From assembly GCA_963842085.1 (NCBI GenBank), contig CAWJET010000002.1, forward strand, positions 1,088,001 through 1,152,000: 64,000 nt of DNA, read 5' to 3'. The notes beneath the pieces are model-generated. The model was given only the letters and a program-made list of their open reading frames with translations, did not search any database and had not been told where the DNA came from. This DNA comes from an uncultured delta proteobacterium (lineage in GTDB: Bacteria; Desulfobacterota; Binatia; Binatales; Binataceae). Shown piece by piece: positions 57,868 through 64,000 of the stretch; the first letter of the stretch is position 1, and every line of letters starts with the position of its first letter. Made by a program: the position numbers and the translations under genes.

Positions 57868-60801
57868 CTAAGGCTGTAGCTGCTTTTCGACCGCCGCCTG
57901 GCCGCGCACCGTCTGTGGGCTGGGCGCGGCGAGCTTGCGCAGAATGGCTTCCATCTCGAACGCTTCAATCATGTCGTCCGGTTTCACGTCGTTGAAATTT
58001 TCGAGCGCGATGCCGCATTCGTAGCCCTGCGCGACTTCGCGCACGTCGTCCTTGAAGCGCTTGAGCGTGGCGAACTTGCCCTCCCACACCGGGCGTCCGT
58101 CGCGCACCAGCCGCGCGCGCGCGCCGCGCACAATCTTGCCGTCGACGACCATGCATCCCGCGACGGTGGCGCCGGGCACGTTGAAAATCTTGCGGACTTC
58201 GGCGCGTCCGAGCGCCTTCTCGCGGTAGGTCGGCGCGAGCAGTCCTTCCATCGCCTCGCGCATGTCGTTGATCGCTTCGTAGATGACAGTGTAGAGGCGA
58301 ATCTCGACACCTTCTTTCTCCGCCAGGCTCGCGGCCTTCGGTTCGGGACGGATATTGAAGCCGATTATGATGGCTTTGGAAGCCGACGCGAGCGTAACGT
58401 CGGTCTCCGAGATCGCGCCCGCCGAGGCGTGAATTACCTCGAGCTTGACTTCGTCCGTAGACAGCCGCGCCAGCGCGTCGGCCAACGCTTCGACCGAGCC
58501 CTGCACGTCGCCCTTGAGAATAACTTTGAGTTCCTTGACCTCACCCGCCGCCATCCGCTGGCTCAAGTCTTCGAGCGAGATGCGGCTGGTCTTGGCTAGT
58601 TCGCCTTCGCGCTGCTTGCCGCGGCGATACTCGGCGACCTGGCGCGCCTTCGATTCCTCGACCACCGCGGTAAACACGGTGCCCGGCTCGGGAACGCTGG
58701 AAAGACCGAAAATCTCAACCGGGGTGGATGGGCCTGCCTCGGTCAGACGCTGTCCGAGATGATTCTGCATCGCGCGCACACGTCCGTACGAGGTTCCGCT
58801 GACGAAGGGATCGCCCTGATGCAGCGTGCCTTCCTGGATCAGCACCGTGGCGACGGGGCCGCGGCCGCGGTCGAGCTGCGACTCGATGATCGTGCCGCGG
58901 GCGGCGCGCGACGGATTGGCCTTGAGCTCCATCACGTCGGCCTGCAGCAGGATCATCTCGAGCAGCTTATCGATTCCCTCGCCGGTGCGGGCTGAGACCG
59001 GCACCGTAATCGTGTCGCCGCCGTAGTCTTCGGGCACCAGTCCGACCTGGGTCAGCCGCTGCTTGACGTTGTCGACATTTGCGTCGGGCAGATCGATCTT
59101 GTTGATCGCGACAATGATTGGCACGTTGGCCGCGCGCGCGTGATTGATCGCCTCCTGCGTCTGCGGCATCACGCCTTCGTTGGCCGCGACCACCAGCACG
59201 ACGATGTCGGTGACCTTGGCGCCGCGCGCGCGCATCGCAGTGAACGCTTCGTGACCGGGAGTATCGACGAAGGCGATCGTCCGCCCGTTGGCTTCGACCG
59301 TGTACGCGCCGATGTGCTGCGTGATTCCGCCGAACTCGCGCGCCGTCACGTTGGTGTGGCGAATCGCGTCGAGCAGCGAGGTTTTGCCGTGATCGACATG
59401 GCCCATCACGGTGACGACCGGCGGCCGCGTGACGCTCTCGCCGACGACCGCTTCCTCGGGCGCCTCCTCGATGACTTGCTCGGCATCGAAGGAAACGTTC
59501 TCGACGCTGTAGCCGAACTCACCCGCCAGCAGCGTGGCGGTGTCGACGTCGAGCACCTGGTTCAGCGTCGCCATCTGGCCGAGTTCCATCAATTTCTTGA
59601 TCAAGTCGCCGGCCTTGACGCCCATCGAGCGGCCGAGGTCGCCGACCGTGACGCCCTCGGTAATTCGCACCACGCGCTTGGAGGCCTTGGGCGTGGTGAT
59701 CTCGGTCTTGCGCTGTTCCTTGCCGGGCAGCGCACGGCGCTTCTTCGGCACCCGCAGCCCGCGCATCTCGCGCTCGGCGGCGAGATCGGTGCTGCCCTTC
59801 TTGACGACTTTCTTCTTCTTTATTCCGCGTCCGCCGCCGGGCTTGGCCACTTGATCGGGTGGAAGCTGCGGCATTCCGTCCGCCGGCTGCGCGGGCTGCT
59901 GCTGCGGCGGCGCGAAACGTCCTGTGAGTCCCGGCCGAGAACTCGGGGCGCCCGCCGCCCCACGCGAACCGGGCGACGCGGGCCGCGGCGGCGGCGCCTT
60001 GGGCCGCAGATCGATCTTGCCAAGGACCTTGGGCCCTTTCTGTCCGTCGTCCAGCGTCGGTCCGGTCTGAGAGCCGCGCGTCAGGTTGATCGAACCGCGC
60101 TCGGCCGCTTCCGCCGGGCGCACACGATCGGTGCGATAACCAAAGCGCGAGGACGGCGCCGCCGGCACTGCTTCGGGTGCAGACGCGGCTTCGGCTTCGA
60201 CCGGCGCATGCTCTGGCTCGCGCGCAGCGATCTGCGGCTCGGGTTTGAGTTCCACGTCCTCAAGATGGACGACATCCTCGGGCAGGTGAGCCTCGTAGTC
60301 GGCCGCGCCAATCTCTTCGATTTCAGGCTCCGGCCTGACGACCACTGGCTCGGGCGCGCTATGCGGCTCGACTGCCGGGGCCTCCGCATGATGCCCCGCG
60401 TCGAACATGACCGGTGTCTCTGGCGCCGCCTCGGATGAATCGCCGAGAAAGGGCGCCCCGAACGAGTCATCGCGGGTCTCTTCGACTTCGAAATGGAAAG
60501 GCGTCTCTGCGCCGCCGACGGGCTGGCCGCCCTCGGCATGGCGCCGGCGCATCACGGTGGCGTTCAGGCGCTTTTCCAGAATCTTTCCGCTGCTCGTTTC
60601 GAGTACGGTTTCGCGGCGCAGGATCGACGCGCGATGCGCCTGCTCGTCGAGATCGGCCTTCAGCCGGTCCGCCTCTTCGGGCGAGAGCAGGCTCGACTCG
60701 GACTGCGTATGCCCGAGCTTGAGACGGGCGCATCCGGCGAGCAAATCCTCGACCGGAAAGCCCCATTCACTGGCAAGAGTTTTGATCCGCTTTCGCGCCA
60801 T
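57868..60801 (-). CDS. infB: Translation initiation factor IF-2
   Basis: [32 protein letters not shown]. Confidence 0.98.
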   Translation of the reverse strand: MARKRIKTLASEWGFPVEDLLAGCARLKLGHTQSESSLLSPEEADRLKADLDEQAHRASILRRETVLETSSGKILEKRLNATVMRRRHAEGGQPVGGAETPFHFEVEETRDDSFGAPFLGDSSEAAPETPVMFDAGHHAEAPAVEPHSAPEPVVVRPEPEIEEIGAADYEAHLPEDVVHLEDVELKPEPQIAAREPEHAPVEAEAASAPEAVPAAPSSRFGYRTDRVRPAEAAERGSINLTRGSQTGPTLDDGQKGPKVLGKIDLRPKAPPPRPASPGSRGAAGAPSSRPGLTGRFAPPQQQPAQPADGMPQLPPDQVAKPGGGRGIKKKKVVKKGSTDLAAEREMRGLRVPKKRRALPGKEQRKTEITTPKASKRVVRITEGVTVGDLGRSMGVKAGDLIKKLMELGQMATLNQVLDVDTATLLAGEFGYSVENVSFDAEQVIEEAPEEAVVGESVTRPPVVTVMGHVDHGKTSLLDAIRHTNVTAREFGGITQHIGAYTVEANGRTIAFVDTPGHEAFTAMRARGAKVTDIVVLVVAANEGVMPQTQEAINHARAANVPIIVAINKIDLPDANVDNVKQRLTQVGLVPEDYGGDTITVPVSARTGEGIDKLLEMILLQADVMELKANPSRAARGTIIESQLDRGRGPVATVLIQEGTLHQGDPFVSGTSYGRVRAMQNHLGQRLTEAGPSTPVEIFGLSSVPEPGTVFTAVVEESKARQVAEYRRGKQREGELAKTSRISLEDLSQRMAAGEVKELKVILKGDVQGSVEALADALARLSTDEVKLEVIHASAGAISETDVTLASASKAIIIGFNIRPEPKAASLAEKEGVEIRLYTVIYEAINDMREAMEGLLAPTYREKALGRAEVRKIFNVPGATVAGCMVVDGKIVRGARARLVRDGRPVWEGKFATLKRFKDDVREVAQGYECGIALENFNDVKPDDMIEAFEMEAILRKLAAPSPQTVRGQAAVEKQLQP

Positions 60802-60811
60802 CCCAGTTATA

Positions 60812-61096
60812 CTATTCGACCTTTGAGTTTCTATCCAGTCGGAGTTTGATTGCTTCCGCTATCTCGAGCCGCTCGGGACGATCTATTTTCCGCCGGAGGG
60901 CGCGGAACTCCTTAACTTTTGAACTGACAAACCGCTCGACGCATTCGAGCGTCGGATGCAAATAGCCGCCGCGCCCTTGCTGTCGCGCCTCGAAGTCGAC
61001 TTCGACATGTCCGTTAACGACCGCAATCCGTACCATCGCTGCCTTCGCATCCTGCTTAATACATCCGATGCAAGTACGCTCGGGCGATTTAGCCAG
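60812..61096 (-). CDS. ylxR: YlxR (DUF448/RnpM) family protein, probable CTG start
   Basis: PERTCIGC and GRGGY motifs; located between nusA and infB. Confidence 0.85.
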   Translation of the reverse strand: MAKSPERTCIGCIKQDAKAAMVRIAVVNGHVEVDFEARQQGRGGYLHPTLECVERFVSSKVKEFRALRRKIDRPERLEIAEAIKLRLDRNSKVE

Positions 61097-62497
<1,401 letters not shown>

Positions 62498-62588
62498 ACC
62501 GCCTCCCCGGGGCGCAGACAGAGCTGTGCGCCTATTTTTTTGGTCGCTCCCGAGCCGCGGGAGCCTGTGCATTTATTCGTCGAATGAG

Positions 62589-63074
62589 TCATTTGTCAAA
62601 ATTGTATTCATAATTCGCGCCCGACATCTCGTCGAAACCGATCGCCTGCCGCTTGCGGCTCGTCTCGTCGTCAAGCTCGATTCCACTTTCACTGACCGCG
62701 ACGAGCTTGCCCACGAACGACTTCTGCCCATCGCGCGCGCGATGCGTCCGCACCTTCACCCGCTCGCCCTTGACCGCCTCGAAATGCTCGAGTTTGCGCA
62801 ACGGCCGGTTGATTCCCGGCGACGCGACCTCCAGCGTGTAGCGGCCCTCGACCGGGTCGTATACGTCGAGCAAATCGCCCAGCGTCGGGCTCAACTTCTC
62901 CAGGTCGCTCAGGGCAATTCCGCCGCCCGGCTTGTCGACCAGCAGCCGCAGCAGCGAATTTCGCGTGCCTTTGCGAAAATCCACCGAAACCAGTTCATAG
63001 CCCTGGCGTTCGATATGCGGCTCGAGCAGCGCGGCCACCTTTTCCGCCGTCGGATGAAGCGTCAGGGCGATCAT
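62589..63074 (-). CDS. rimP: Ribosome maturation factor RimP
   Basis: YTLEVASPGINRPL; first gene of nusA operon. Confidence 0.95.
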   Translation of the reverse strand: MIALTLHPTAEKVAALLEPHIERQGYELVSVDFRKGTRNSLLRLLVDKPGGGIALSDLEKLSPTLGDLLDVYDPVEGRYTLEVASPGINRPLRKLEHFEAVKGERVKVRTHRARDGQKSFVGKLVAVSESGIELDDETSRKRQAIGFDEMSGANYEYNFDK

Positions 63075-63152
63075 CTGCTCTCACCTCTCCGCTCGATGCG
63101 ACCGTCGGCCCGCGGCCGGCTTATGTCACGAAACCCTTTTTGCGACACCAAC

Positions 63153-63176
63153 AAAAAAGTGGGCGCGCGCCCACTT
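63153..63176 (-). promoter_or_regulatory. rimP leader terminator/attenuator hairpin
   Basis: AAGTGGGC-GCGC-GCCCACTT-TTTT about 80 nt upstream of rimP, like the widespread rimP leader. Confidence 0.75.
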
Positions 63177-63364
63177 CACAACAAGCAGGATACCACCGCA
63201 GCCAACCTGTCAGCAAGCCACGTCAATTGCCGACGCGTGGCTTCGCTTTTGCCGCCGATGTAGATCTGTTTGCAGGCTGGCGTCGCATGAAGCCCCACCT
63301 CCCTGCCCACTCGGATGAAACGCGCGCCTCCCGGGCGCAAGCCGCATAGCTGGAGTCTAGTAAA

Positions 63365-63946
63365 ATGCGTATCGAACCACTCGAAGAAAAGCAGATGAGC
63401 TGGATGCTGAAGCCGCTGACCTGGATGATGAAGCGGCAGATTGGCAAAGTGGTAAATCCGTTCAAGGCGTGGGCGTACCGCCCCGGCATCACGATCGGGA
63501 TGGCGATCTTCATGCAGTCGATCGAAGGCTCCAAGGTCACGCCGCCGGCCTTGAAGCGCATGGTTTGTCTGCGCGCCGCACAGATGGTCGGCTGCGTTTT
63601 CTGAATAGATATCAACGCTGCCGGCGGCAGCAAGGTCGGAATCAGCGACGAGAAACTCGCCGCGCTGGCGGACTACCAGGAAAATCCGCTGTTCACGCCC
63701 GCCGAGCGCGCGGCGCTGCGCTACACCGAGGAGATGACGCTGAGCTCGGTCAATGTTCCCGACGAGGTCTTCGACGAGCTCAAGCGCCACTTCAACACCG
63801 AGCAAATCGTCGATTTGACTGCGACCGTCGCGCTCGAGAACATGCGCGCACGATTCAATCGCGCGCTGCAAATCGAAAGCGACAGTTTCTGCATGCTGCC
63901 GGCGCATCACCCCGCCTTGGCCTCGGATGGTGCCTCATTGAAATAG
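63365..63946 (+). CDS. AhpD/carboxymuconolactone decarboxylase-family protein, probable selenoprotein (193 aa, Sec at TGA 63602-63604)
   Basis: ORFs 63365-63604 and 63734-63946 share one frame, open across a single TGA: GCVF-U-IDIN...FTPAERAALRY...FNRAL. Confidence 0.85.
63605..63640 (+). promoter_or_regulatory. Bacterial SECIS-like hairpin
   Basis: GCTGCC-GGC-GGCAGC (63617-63631), G-led loop 18 nt after the UGA. Confidence 0.65.
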
Positions 63947-64000
63947 CCGGCGCACGACTGACCGGGAGCGCGGATTCAGTTCTAAATCCAGATTTTCTCG

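Noticed and set aside
63602-63604. TGA as evidence for an alternative genetic code (Trp or Gly)
   Set aside because: Many conserved genes here end properly at TGA (e.g. secF, purQ, truB, dut), and this TGA sits at a catalytic Cys position
63176-63910. 244-aa minus-strand ORF
   Set aside because: Antisense shadow of the AhpD-like gene with no recognisable motifs

Overview
GC-rich bacterial chromosomal segment, mostly housekeeping, with most genes on the minus strand. The gene repertoire (LLM oxidoreductase, DUF1329, cyclase, PaoABC-like enzyme, trmI) resembles Candidatus Binatota or a related deltaproteobacteria-like lineage; this is an inference. It carries an isc operon (iscS-iscU-iscA-hscB-hscA-iscX, lacking iscR and fdx but with IscR-like boxes), an orphan secF, PBP1B, manC/PMM, an lpxL-like gene, glgC, rpsF-priB-rpsR-DUF2232-rplI, a Tat-exported xanthine-dehydrogenase-family trimer, a DUF692 (MNIO)/DUF2063 pair facing an ECF sigma/anti-sigma, purB-C-S-Q-L-F, dut, pnp, rpsO and the rimP-nusA-ylxR-infB-DUF503-rbfA-truB cluster interrupted by an antisense ndh. 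Signals missed by the ORF track: (1) an AhpD/CMD-family gene with an in-frame TGA in a C-x-x-U motif followed by a SECIS-like hairpin (probable selenoprotein); (2) a parS site and a pair of DnaA boxes inside the pur cluster; (3) a probable CTG start for ylxR; (4) three families of structured intergenic REP/REPIN-like repeats, one showing compensatory base changes; (5) several small Cys-rich proteins, one DksA/TraR-like. No tRNA, rRNA, CRISPR array, transposase or prophage was recognised.
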